From assembly GCF_902459465.1 (NCBI RefSeq), contig NC_047080.1:4650001-4714000 (forward strand): 64,000 bases of DNA. The letters are read 5' to 3'. The position numbers and the translations under genes are program-made. The DNA comes from Asterias rubens. Taxonomy: Eukaryota. A model generated the notes under the pieces. That model did not search any database. It saw only the letters and a list, made by a program, of their open reading frames with translations, and was not told the DNA's origin. Of the stretch, positions 25,101 through 37,101 are shown piece by piece. Positions within the stretch are counted from its first letter, which is position 1. Every line of letters begins with the position of its first letter.

Positions 25101-25863
25101 GCATGAAAGTAAAACACCCCACCCCCCTTGAAGCACACACACTTCATAACAATCCGTTTTCCCCCATTTCAGACCAGTAATGTTTGGTTTCAGGAGATAA
25201 GAAACCAATCTATGATATTTTCTCTTTAATGTAGACTTTATATTTATTACGCTTATTGGAATTTATTACAGTATGCAGTTAATCAAAATAAAATTGTTGT
25301 CGTTTTCACCTAAAAGACTTTAATTTTTCCCAATATTGGCACACCATAGAATCCCAAATAGTAACCACCTCACGTGATCCATCTAGTGACTGAAGCAGAA
25401 TGAAACTCAATCTAGCAGATAGTAATTTTGTTTTGAACTTTTGAGGTTGGATGATGTTTCTTTGACTCATTTGAATGTTGGCATAATAATGCACTAGTGA
25501 TTTGTACCAAAAATCAATCATTTTATAAATGTTTGAGCATAACCAACGACAGGAAACTTTATTCTCAGCATGATTAAGCCTGATGAAAATACAGACCGTG
25601 AGTAAACTGCATAGCTTCTGTCACCGGTGCAGCTTGCACAATCCCGCGGTAAACGGGAATCAAAGTTGGGGTTCGAAAACATTATGAGGGTCGATAACGT
25701 ATGACGCTACGATAGATGATAGTTGATAACAATGTAAAATTGTGGAAGACGAAGGGTTACGATTAGCGCATTCATGTGGCGAGGACTAGTCCTACCTTAG
25801 GACTAGTCATAACTCTTTGTGAAATCGACCCCTGCTGTAACACTAACCAACAGTGCGGATAAC

Positions 25864-25981
25864 TTTCTGTATGGCGCCACCACTTTTTCACTCATTTTTA
25901 CAAAAAGGGATATATCAATCAGGTAAATTAGATACTATATTATTTTATTTCGAATGAAAAAGTGGTGGCGCCATACGGAAA
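25864..25981. mobile_element. Small MITE in crumbs intron 1
   Basis: 27-bp inverted repeat tttctgtatggcgccaccactttttca / tgaaaaagtggtggcgccatacggaaa (1 mismatch). Confidence 0.7.
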
Positions 25982-26342
25982 CTTTTCCAACAGTGCTACT
26001 GCTATTATTAATATTAATCGTTCGTGCTATAAAATAATTTATTAAAAAAATGGAGGAAGGACATGATATAATGAAACGTCAGCAAGAACCAAATTCAAAT
26101 GCAACTAATGACTACCGTGATCAATTCTTAGTTGACATGACACATTTTTTAAACTGCTAGAAATACAATTCTTACGAGCTTCTTCTTCTTCTTCCGTGAA
26201 AGAAACAAGCAAACTTTCTGGTTTCGTGTGTGTTATCGGCTATCGTACGGGAGCATCGTACGGTTCAATGGTGCACATACAGCGATTCGCATACAGCGTA
26301 CACAGAAACGTAAAAATCCAACCACCGAGAGTTTAAACTTAC

Positions 26343-26409
26343 CAAAAGAAACGCAGATAACAGCAAATAATGTCAGCATTATGCTGTCCTTCCCCTGACC
26401 AGAATCCAT
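26343..26409 (-). CDS. crb: Crumbs coding exon 1 (signal peptide)
   Basis: ATG at 26409: MDSGQGKDSIMLTLFAVICVSF then G|GTAAGT; phase 1 joins exon 2 to give a hydrophobic signal ending AHA|Q; lies in a CpG-enriched region. Confidence 0.85.
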
Positions 26410-27200
26410 AGTGTCTCTCTGTCTGTTCCCTGAACATAAAAAGAAGTCTATCCTGGTTTAAAAGCCGCCATTTGGAGACATAAAACGTAAAGGTTCCATG
26501 ACACTTTGACCAGTGTGTGCACCGAGCGGTTGGCAGCAGTTGAATTGTGGTGGTTTAAAGACGGTAGAACGATCCGATAAACGTTAATGCAATTTCAACT
26601 TGTCGTCTGGTTCCATTCGGGAATCGATCACTTTTCTGATATTTATTATTGATTGATAACAAATAGTGTACCTCTGAAACCAAATATTTCGTGATATTTC
26701 TTGCAACGAAATATCATTAACAGAGTAATTGTGCTTCCTTGGGTCAAATAAATTCCAATCTAATGGAAATTTTGAGCTGCAAAACTCTGAACTTTGTAGC
26801 AAAATTATCGACTCTGATAATTATCGAATACGACCGTTAAGTTCACTCGTAGGATCGGGTTCAAAGTGCAAAGGTGTTGTGGGTGGAGTCGTTTTTAGTG
26901 TTGGGCGTTGATTTTCGTTTCTCGAATTGTGTACAATAGTTTTGTCTCAAATAATATGGAATTGTTTTGTTCTTTCTAAGTATGATAATAGGGTAATTTT
27001 AATAGATTAAAAGCCGTTTTTCATGTTAAAACATTCGAAATGGAAGCGCATAGCTTACGCTTTGTTCTTTTCGTCATAACATTTCAATTGAGTGAGTCAT
27101 TTTTTGTGTGCAATTACTAGGCCTATAAATTCCTCATTTGCGTTTGGGGTTCGATTAGTTTTTCCAAGCGGAAGTGGTCTCATTAATTAATATAATTTTT
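26410..27200 (-). promoter_or_regulatory. Probable crumbs 5' leader and promoter region
   Basis: CpG-enriched relative to flanks; YY1-like AAATGGCGG (minus strand, ~26464-26472) and ETS/GABPA-like GCGGAAGTG (~27168-27176). TSS not determinable. Confidence 0.5.
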
Positions 27201-27520
27201 TCGAATATTTGGAGAATGTGGATGGATAAACCACAGAGCAAGGAATGGATAAACAAACAAAAAATCTCATAAACGGAAAAACGTTCATTGAGATGGGAAA
27301 AAGTAAGTGGCTCCACTTTTGTCAAACTCTTCTGTCGGCGAAATGGAGAGTTGTTTGTCTATCTTTATAATTTTGTTTATTAGGGCCGGCAGTATGAAGC
27401 TAAAGGTACTAAAGTTGGGAATAATATTTAATGCCTAGATCGATCAAATTACACAAGAGTCTATGAGCGCTGTCTGTACAGCGGAGTGGATGAGTTCCTT
27501 TTTATAAAGTGGTTTATATC

Positions 27521-27574
27521 ATCAAAGATCGTATAGCGCAGCGTAGCGCGCGGCGCGGCGCTATACGATCTTTG
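27521..27574. mobile_element. 54-bp palindromic micro-element with 9-bp direct flank
   Basis: 17-bp perfect stem caaagatcgtatagcgc / gcgctatacgatctttg; GTTTATATC at 27512-27520 and 27575-27583. Confidence 0.75.
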
Positions 27575-28399
27575 GTTTATATCCTGTATCCCCCACAGAA
27601 ATAACTAGCGCCCTCATGAACAAAACACCGCAAAATTTTCATATTGAGGGCGGTATAAAAGATTTACGGCTGGAAACTTATTTATTTCTGTACGAAAATT
27701 CTCAAACAGGTGCACCAGTGTTTGAATTGATGTTTACAAATTATTTCTTACAGGACGCCCTCTTGTGGTTCGGTAAAAACATGAAACCACTTTCAATTGG
27801 CACTTTTTCTGGCGAAATAATACTTTTAGTAGGCCTCAAAATAGAAAAAAATTTCCGACCGGATGCACTTTTATTAGGAATAAAAATGTCATTAAGAAAA
27901 ACGCCAAACTGAAGAAATATCATAGGGCAATACTGACAACTAATTGATACCATATCACACTAAAGGCAATCATCACACTAAATTACCAAAAACTTTGTAT
28001 TCTCCATCGTGTTTTGAAGAAGGCACAGAATCATTATGCACATTTATTTAGCGAAAAGAATAGTCTCCCTTCAAGGAAATCTTTACACATTGTATGTACA
28101 GCAAACAAATTAATTAAACTTGATGGCTTATTACCATATAACATGGTTTGTTCTAAAAAATACTACAACATTTATCTTGTTCAACTCCAATAATTTAACA
28201 GTCCAGTAAATAAGGCACTAATCTAAAAATCACAAAGTTGGAAGACAATTGGAAGACTTGTTCAGCTTAAAAAGAAGATATATACCTTTGGTAATTTTGC
28301 CACAATTAATTACAGTAACAAAGTTACTTGGTAAGAAAAACTGCAGCCGTTTTAAAATGAAAACATTGAGAAAACGATTCCCTTGAAAGGAAGGTGGCT

Positions 28400-28783
28400 T
28401 TAAAGACAGTGGACACTTTTGGTAATTGTCAAAGTCTTCTCACTTCTTTGAGTATCTAAACATATGCATAAAATAACACACCTGTGAAAATTTGAGCTCA
28501 ATTGGTCGTCGAAGTTGCGAGTTATGAATGAAATAAAAAACACCCTTGTCACACGAAGTTGTGTGCTTTCTGGTGCTTGATTTCGAGACCTCAAATTCTA
28601 AATCCAAGGTCTCGAAATCAAATTCGTGGAAAATTACTTCTTTCTCGAAAACTATGTCACTTCAGAGGGAGCTGTTTCTCACAATGGTTTATATTATCAA
28701 CCTCTCCCCATTACTCTTTACCAAGTGAGGTTTTATGCTGATAATTATTTTGAGTAATTACCAATAGTGTCCACTGCCTTTAC
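28400..28783 (+). mobile_element. Family A TTAA-flanked MITE
   Basis: ttaa|agacagtggacac ... gtgtccactgcct|ttac; full family core. Confidence 0.85.
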
Positions 28784-29191
28784 AAAGAGGGATCCAAAAA
28801 CATTTTAAGATGAAAAAACAAAACTTCTCTCAGACTGTGTTCCAATTTCAGATTATTCTTCCAGCTGAATTTGTTTGCGATATCTCAAAAACACTACCAC
28901 CTTTTGATATGAAATTTTCACAGGTTAGTTTTATTGTACATTATCTACATTTATCTAGGATTAAATCAATCAAACAATTCCTAAAACCAAAGTAACACTT
29001 TGCCTTTCACGACAACTAAATATCTTTTAACTTTCACAATTATTGAATAAAAGAAATGCATTTTCCCCCATGGTGAATTCACCAATCCATTCACAATTTA
29101 TAAACAATGAACACAAATCCTTCCTTTCCCCATACTTACATAATATCATCTGAAAAATACTTACGTATCAATGTTAGACTTAAATAATTTA

Positions 29192-29415
29192 AAACCTTGC
29201 TTCTGTGCTTTGGTGACTCCCTTAAACCTTGCTTCTGTGCTTTGGTGACTCCCTTAAACCTTGCTTCTGTGCTTTGGTGACTCCCTTAAACCTTGCTTCT
29301 GTGCTCTGGTGACTCCCTTAAACCTTGCTTCTGTGCTTTGGTGACTCCCTTAAACCTTGCTTCTGTGCTTTGGTGACTCCCTTAAACCTTGCTTCTGTGC
29401 TTTGGCGACTCCCTT
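29192..29415. repeat. 32-bp minisatellite, 7 head-to-tail copies
   Basis: Unit AAACCTTGCTTCTGTGCTTTGGTGACTCCCTT, only two single-base variants, no spacers. Confidence 0.95.
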
Positions 29416-30750
29416 AATCAGGCAAACACATTCAACCAAAACTTTTAAACTAAACTAGTTTTTTTAACAAAAATTATTATTTATTATTATTAGTTCAAAA
29501 TTATTTGTACAAGTTACTAATTAAGTGATCCCTTTATACAACGCTCTTCAACCACTTAGGTAGAGCCCCAACATTCAAATAAACTTTGAAGCTTTAAAAT
29601 CCTTTTGTACAAAGTTTTGAAATTGGCCATCAAATAGTAAACCTGGTAGTATTATTAAGCACAACACAATAAATTATGCTTTCCAGAATAAGGTTACCAG
29701 CCAATATTGTATAGTCTGTGACTGGTATCCTGCTATACTTGCTAAGAAGAAAAGATTTTAGCAATATTTTCTGCTTAAGCAACTCTATGAAATCAGTTCC
29801 TGGCCATAAAACTTAAAAAACACATTTTATTTACATTCAAAATTGCATAGTAACCCATTTATGTACAGTACATTCCTTCCACATAATACTGTCCTCTTAC
29901 CGGTTGAACTCTTTCACATTTCAGTAAAAACTTTTACTGACAAAGTACGGATTGAAAATTGAGGAAAAAACCCAACATAACCAATCTGAAATTTGACTCA
30001 AACAGTACCAATCCACAAGAGAAAGTTTTCCATCTGCTTACTTCCAAAGCCTAGAAAATAGAATTTGAAAAAACTGTTGGCAGTTGCTTATTTCTATCTA
30101 TGCAGTCCTACAGTGCACACAATTTTGAAAAACATTTAACAAAAATGTGTTGGTTAATTAAGTGTATACTATATTTACATATTTTTGTTTTTGTATGTCC
30201 TCCTGTTAGATAGAAGACTGTCAATGAAATAAATTTGAAATCTAATATTTGTTTACCTAAAACAAGTTCACATTTGGAGCGCATTTTTGCAATAAAGAAT
30301 AGAAACCCAAATAAATATCAGTGATTTCTACCTCCATGATTTAACCAATAAGAAGTTGATATTCAAATCTTCATTTATTGACCAATTAGAATTAGTCAAG
30401 GCAATATGAAATTGTCCAATGCACATACCTGTTAATTGGTTATTACGATATTAAGGCTATGTTTGGTTCCTGTGATACAATTTACCAGAGCACCAGCCTG
30501 AACTCGTCTTAAACCCCACTTGCGAATCAGACTTTGAATAACGTTTGGTACCTTGACTTCTTAAGTCACAAATTGGCTTATTGTATTGGCTTATTGTACA
30601 AGAGTCCTTTAATGTTTGCAAACAAACAATCATTCATTTCATCTCAAAAACTTATAAGGCCAGTTGATAAAATGATAAAGGTTTAGACCCTGTGTGCAAC
30701 AGCTTTGAAAGAAATGAAAACAGAAATAAAAGAAACAACAAATGATTCCA

Positions 30751-30863
30751 TTAGATATTTGTATTCTCTGATTGTTTCCTTCGTCCTTCATCTGATCTTC
30801 TCTCTCTGTTTATTCTTCGTCTTGGGATCTGTCTTAGACCACTCCGGTAATCCTTACAAGTAC
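30751..30863 (-). CDS. EGFL7: EGFL7/8-like coding exon 8 (terminal)
   Basis: ccttccag|GT acceptor; (C)TCKDYRSGLRQIPRRRINRERRSDEGRRKQSENTNI*; CTCK parallels the vertebrate EGFL7 C-terminal CSCK. Confidence 0.82.
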
Positions 30864-31357
30864 CTGGAAGGATACAAATATAAACTAAGATAAAGATTTG
30901 CAGATATGAGGAGCTTCAGACAGGCGTTTGTAGGGTGAAGTTGTGGGGGTGGAGATGTGGGACGTTCAAGGTTTATTTAGTTTCCACAATATCAAATATT
31001 ATACAGGCAATAATATGTGCGACATGTTTCAACAATAATACAGTTTAGCCAGGTAAATAAAACACTTTTGGGATACTGCAGGGGAGCTCACTAAGAGCCA
31101 AAGCTTATAAGCGTGAGCCCCAAACAGGTATGCTCATTGAGCCCAAACTAAGCACCCATGTTACTTCAAAAGTTGAACTGAAGGTTGAAACAACTTACAC
31201 AGAATGTGCACAATATCATTGTAAGGTAGGTAAACTGGAATGTCATATTCACATTAAATATTTTCAATTCAGCTTAACTGTACGTTGGGTTGGCATATTT
31301 ACAAAACTGTGCTATTTTCAGGCACAACTTGTTAACCTTTGACCTGTAGCTACTTAC

Positions 31358-31508
31358 AGTCATCTAGTCTCTCTTCAAGCATTGATATCTGTTCACTGAG
31401 TGATGTGATGAGCTCAAGCTGTGATAACTGCATATCATTGAGTGGAAGACTACCTTGATCTGCTTGAGACGGTTGGCTCACATTCTTAGCCTGCATCACT
31501 CCCATGTC
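31358..31508 (-). CDS. EGFL7: EGFL7/8-like coding exon 7 (C-terminal coiled-coil motif)
   Basis: ttcttcag|GAC acceptor, T|GTAAGT donor; 151 nt; DMGVMQAKNVSQPSQADQGSLPLNDMQLSQLELITSLSEQISMLEERLDD, matching EGFL7 IDSLSEQISFLEEQL. Confidence 0.92.
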
Positions 31509-32885
31509 CTGAAGAAACCAAATTAAGAAGACAAGAATATTAACTTCGTTTATTAAATACTTTTATGAAATATAACACGTTTCTCTGTTGCAGTGATTTA
31601 TTCCTAGCCATTTCAGGACAATCTAAATGACACTGGCTGATGCACAGCCACTTGGCCTACTGGTAACACAGAATTTTACATTCTCATATACCCCAGTATC
31701 TTTTGAAACCATGATCTTCCACGAGATGAAATTTTCATCCTGTTTTAAGACTGGTTTCATACAGGTATGTATCGACAAATTTGAAGCCAATATAATTAGA
31801 GGCAGTTAAAGCAGAAGCTCTAAGCAGAGGAGTTTAAAAGAATCTAAACATTTCCCACCATGGGGATACTCTTGGCTCAATCTAACAAAACTGTTAAGCA
31901 AAACAACAATGCAAAGCATCAAACTATACAGGACACCAGCTAAAACAGAGCGCCTGAAACGCGTTTTGCCTAGTTAACCATTTCTGCAAAGCAAGATGTA
32001 TTGGTGCTAAGCAAGTTTCTGTGATCATCACCTTTGTGCCATTGGGATCAAGCTGGATTTATAAAGCAAGAAATGTGACACCAACTTCTGATTCACGGGT
32101 ATGATCATTTTTCTGCATGTCCAAACACCTTTTACATTTTGATACAAAGCCCTGGCAGATTCCTTTTCATTATCTGTTATATAAAGCACCTCTTTCCCAG
32201 TATGAAATGTTAGTTCTATCATAAAGACCATTCTACTACAAAATCACAAACTCTGTGTGACATCTTTGCTAAAAAAAACCCTAAACATTTGCTTGGGTGC
32301 ATTCATATTTCATGCATTGCCAACTTTCATGCATCCTACTTCACGGTTCAATGTGTTTGGAATGTTGGGTATATTTCCAACAAAAGTAAACATATGTTTC
32401 TATGGCGATGTATTTTGATTCGAGGTAAAACTTGAGTGAAATGAGCACAATGACCTGAAGGGAATTCATTTAATCATAATTCCTGAACAAAGCAAAGGTT
32501 GGAGTGTCATTTTGACACATTTTTTTCTACTTCTATCATAGCGATTTTGCAAGAGCTGTAATTTTCAAGACATTTTCAGCGTTTTTGAAATAAAACTGAC
32601 TTACGTACAGTGTTTCTAAGAACCCTTTCATGGTAAGGAATCCCTGCATGTAATGCCTTCATATTGAGACACAAGTTTCAAGTTAGATCCAATTTTTAAA
32701 CATTTGATTGAAAAGCTACTCAACTGCCACTATTGAATTTTCTTTAAACCCGACAAAATAAATGGTTACATCCTGATCAGCTCATAATCTCTTGAAGTTC
32801 AAAGAATTGTCATTGACCAGTTCTAAGTCTGGCAATCTTTCAAAATTACCCAATGAAGCACATTTTGTTGTAAAGTACGGTGAAC

Positions 32886-33295
32886 CAGGCCTGATACTTC
32901 AACGATTGCCTCAATGCCTCCAGGGCCCAATTCGATGGCTCTGCTTGCCGCCGAATTCTGCGCTTACGATCCCGATCCCCCACTTACGTGCAAGCGCCAA
33001 ATTTCTGCGCTAGCCTTGTAAGCGTAGAATGCCTAGTGATGTGGAGTATGCACGCGCAGAAGTAAAAAAATCGCTGCTAACTCGTGAAATACGCTTGCCG
33101 TAAGCACAGAATTCCCTCGTTCCGTTAGCGCCGATTCTGTGCTTACGGTAAGCTGAGCCATGAAATTGGGCCCTGATCATTGCCTTGGTGCCCTTGAAAT
33201 GCTCCAGTAGAAATGTTCAATCTCCTCATAAGGTTTCTTTAAAGGAGAAAATGCCTTGGTGCCCCTGCCCTTTGAAAAATGGAGCACACAGGCTT
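32886..33295 (-). mobile_element. Family D element interrupted by a Harbinger-like MITE (32924-33172)
   Basis: caggcctgatacttc...tgcctc [cag|ggcccaatt...aattgggcc|ctg] atcattgccttggtgcccttg... Confidence 0.7.
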
Positions 33296-34052
33296 TGTGT
33301 TCATTTTGAGGCAGAAGGGGTCAACAAGTACAGATTTATAGGTATCTATAACAAATGTCATCTTCATTAGCAAACAATAAGGACCAGGTAGGTTCCTTAC
33401 TCAGTACTTCCTTAACCCAGTTACATAAATATCAGGGGTCTCCACCCAACAAGTTCGCACTTTGGAGACTCCCACTACTCAATCTTTGCATTGTATCTAA
33501 AGTACCGATGGCAACCCTAAACAAAAATATTTATTAACAGGGAAACCGAAAACGCTCTAATAATAGTAGTGATAATGAACAGTTTTTATATAGCGCAAAA
33601 TAACAGCGAAGTCTAAAAATGCTTTTGGAGAGTCAATTTTGCTTTGTTTGAACCAACACAATGTATTATTGTAAAAGCAAACAGATTTGGGTGGAAATAA
33701 ATTGAACTGAACAGGCAATTATAAATTGATCTTATCTTCAATTGCAGTAGTTTGATGACAGTTCATTCAGTTCAGGGTACAGCATACATCAAGAATGTTA
33801 ATTGGTTTAGGTTTATAAGATAAAAACACTTGATCACATTTGTTTTTGATGAATTGTTTTGATCATTACATCTTAAGGATCACAGAGTGAGACCCCCTTT
33901 ATACAAGGAATGTTGAAAGCTACATGAGGGAATGCGACAATAATAACATTGGTAACCCTTGTCCCTCATTAGTTGTTTGTATAAAAAGCACCGGTATGTA
34001 ATTGTCCAGATTGATAAGTTTCAATCTGAAAGCTCAATGATTATTAAAAGTA

Positions 34053-34429
34053 TTAAAGGGACACGTTGCCTTGGATCGGTCGCTTTGGTCCATGGTCCAT
34101 GAAAAGCGTTTGAAACTTTTTTGTTATAAATATCGATATGATTGGAAAGATGTGTCAAAACTAGAATATAAATGATCCACACAAACATGCCACGAAATTG
34201 CGTTGTTTTCCTTTCACTTTGCGACATAACAAGGTCGGCCATTTTATGCAGTCAAAAAATTGACTCCACAAAATGGTGTGCCGTGTTAGTTTACGGTGTA
34301 TAAGGAAAACCTTGCAATTTCGAGGCATATTTGTGTGGATCGTTCTATTCTACTTTTAAAACATCTTTCTAACCATATGCATTTTATTAAAAACGGTTTC
34401 AAACGCTTTGCAAGGCAATGTCCCTTTAA
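34053..34429. mobile_element. Family B TTAA-flanked MITE
   Basis: ttaa|agggacacgttgccttggatcgg ... caaggcaatgtccct|ttaa with long internal inverted arms. Confidence 0.8.
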
Positions 34430-37039
34430 ACAGGCGGTGAGGATAAAATATCATTGTTTACTTTGAGTCTGAAAGCTTTCTGATTATGACACTTTATACT
34501 AGAACAATGTATTTTGTGATGGTTTTTCCCACTGCAAAAAAACTGTATCTGCAAACCTAAACAAATGCTGTTGCTTATTTCGGTAGTTTCAAAATTGAAG
34601 GACAATTTCTTATGGTCTTTACATGCTGAAAATTGTGCATATTTTCTCACTATCATCTGCCGACTCACAAAATGGATTTGAGCCCCCAAGTTTTCACAGG
34701 TTTGAAGCATTAAAAAATCTGGGGCAATGGCTTTATGTTCGATCCCCCTCCCCAAGGCCCAAATTTAAATTTATTGTTTACAGGTTGGGGGTTGTGTTTA
34801 TTGAAGTTTGAACACCAGAGGGAGGGGATGGATGTTGCATTAATATATCCAACATGTTTGTTTCTTAATGGTTTAACCTTGGTTTGTCTTGTGATGTGAA
34901 TGACACATATCTGCCTGACTGGAGATGCCACTCCAGTTTACACATATCCAACTAGGGAATGTTCACTTCAATACAGTATTTACTCTATGGTCATCTTGAC
35001 AGCTCAAGTCTTGAAGTAAAGATATTAGATAGACCATGGAGCAAGGATAGACAGGGATTGCGTTGGGTGTGCTGACCACAATACCAAATTTTAAACAGGT
35101 AGATTAGTCTTGCGAGTATTCAAACAACTCTGGGAGTACTTTTCTTAAGTTATGTCACTGTATAATACAAGCATGTGAGAAAATATCCATGAAAAAAAAG
35201 AGGAAAAGAGTAAACCGGGCAAGTAAAAACGAGGAAAAGATTATATTCCTATACTTTTGTACACAGAAAGTAAAGTAAAAAAAAGAGGAAAATCAAAACC
35301 AAAAAAGAGGAACTTAGCTGAAAAGAGGAAATCTCACATGCCTGATTATACATGTATGTAGATATTTTGCTCATAGAGAGGGGTGATTCAAGGCTTTTTC
35401 TTGAGTTATTTCAATGACTTTTAGAGCTTGAGGATTCCACTTTATTCATACTTTTAAATTCACTAAGTAAAATTGTTCCAGAAGAATAGTGAAAACACAG
35501 TTTACACCACAAGTTACCATGTAAATACAGTCCTAAAATATATGTTTTCCCCAAGCTACCTACCCTCTATCTTCCCTGCATGTAACGAAACAAACATATT
35601 TCTTTGGCTGATACCTTTGCACAAATTGAAGCGAAAATGATTGACGGCCACAGTAATTGATGATAATGATGACTGTTGTTGAAGAGACACAAAACTGACA
35701 AAAATCAGTTTGTTTTTTACCCACTCCACTCCTCATAATTGGTGCCGACTTGCCTCAGGGAATGCGGGCGAGTTATTCATTGCCCGTTATAAATTATTTC
35801 CCTTGAAAGGCTCAAGGAGTTCCTTGAAAATCCCTTTGTATTGTGTATGATTCTCTTTTACCTCTTGCAAATGATTGAGTAAGTATTCTGAGATACATAC
35901 ATAAAGTATATAACTTTTATTCTTGATAAAGAAATGCCATGAGAATTGGGAAAAGAAAAACGATGATTTCATCATAGATTCTGAAGAATGATAATTTACA
36001 ATCACTTTGTAATGTTTCTTATTCCTTCCAGATGATTTTAATAAAGCATATAGAGGAAGGTATGCACCAGAAATGGGAAAAAAAAGAAAAAAATGATTTC
36101 ATCACAGAACAGACTGGACAAACCGGCATGATGATTTTAAAGAAGGGTCAGTTACAGTCACTTTGTAACTTTCTAATTTCTTCCAGATGATTTAGCCCCA
36201 GGATTGGAACAAATTTCAGTCCAAGAAAACACACTCAGGCTACAAGATTTGGGGGGAACGGGATTGAGTTGAGGAGGTTTAAGCTAAAGTGGCCTTCAAT
36301 TTAGCCATCAATAGAATAATTGGATGTCTGGTGAGAATGGACAAATTAGATGGCCCTGAGACATTGTTGTACAGTCAGTAATTGATCATCAATGACCATT
36401 GGTTGCCTTTAAGTGATTCCAGATTCAAGAATGTACCATATGAGGAATTTGTATCAGTTTCTCAGCAGTGTGTGGGAGAACATTCTTTCTTTTATAGAGA
36501 ATCATTTCAGTCCTTTATCCTAATCAGATACATGTAGTCACAGCACTTTCCAGTTCTTTTATTAAAGTGTTTTTGAACTTTTACACAATTTCATACAAGA
36601 AATGCAAAATCTTTTAAAACCACTCTAGAAGAACTGCTTAGCTTTTAGACTTAAGCCGAACAACTGCTAGTTGCTATGTTCTTTTTCTTTGCTTACCCAA
36701 AAACTTATTAAAACTTTATTCTTTCTGATGCATTTGGTTTGTGCTATATCAAGGCATGATGTTTGGCTCTTGGGCAAAAACTAAAACACTTTGTACAAGG
36801 GCTGAACAAATGGTGTAGGCTTTTTATAGACCTTAAAGGCCATTTAATAAAATATTTTGCTGATTTTTCCAAGGGCAAACAAGTTGGAAATCAGATTTAA
36901 AAAAAAAAACATAAGAGGGAAATAGGAATATAAAAGCAATCAATCAAAAGAAATTGCCACAGCCAAAATAAAAAGAGTTGCTGTAAGGAACCGGAGGCAG
37001 AAAATAAAGATTAAGGTGAGAATCTAAGATATTACTAAC

Positions 37040-37101
37040 CTGTTCAATTCGATTGACTTTATCTTGGAGTGCGACGTACTCAGGACTGCAGGCCAGACAA
37101 A
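37040..37101 (-). CDS. EGFL7: EGFL7/8-like coding exon 6
   Basis: cttcctag|TT acceptor, CAG|GTTAGT donor; 62 nt, phase 1 to 0; CLACSPEYVALQDKVNRIEQ (cf. EGFL7 EVQRLQSRVDLLEE). Confidence 0.85.

Noticed and set aside
29192-29415. 32-bp repeats as a CRISPR array
   Set aside because: Units are contiguous with no spacers, there are no cas genes, and the context is eukaryotic.
31454-31508. Shorter EGFL exon 7 using donor G|GTAGTC at 31453
   Set aside because: The frame continues through the conserved SLSEQISMLEERL motif to a better GTAAGT donor at 31357.
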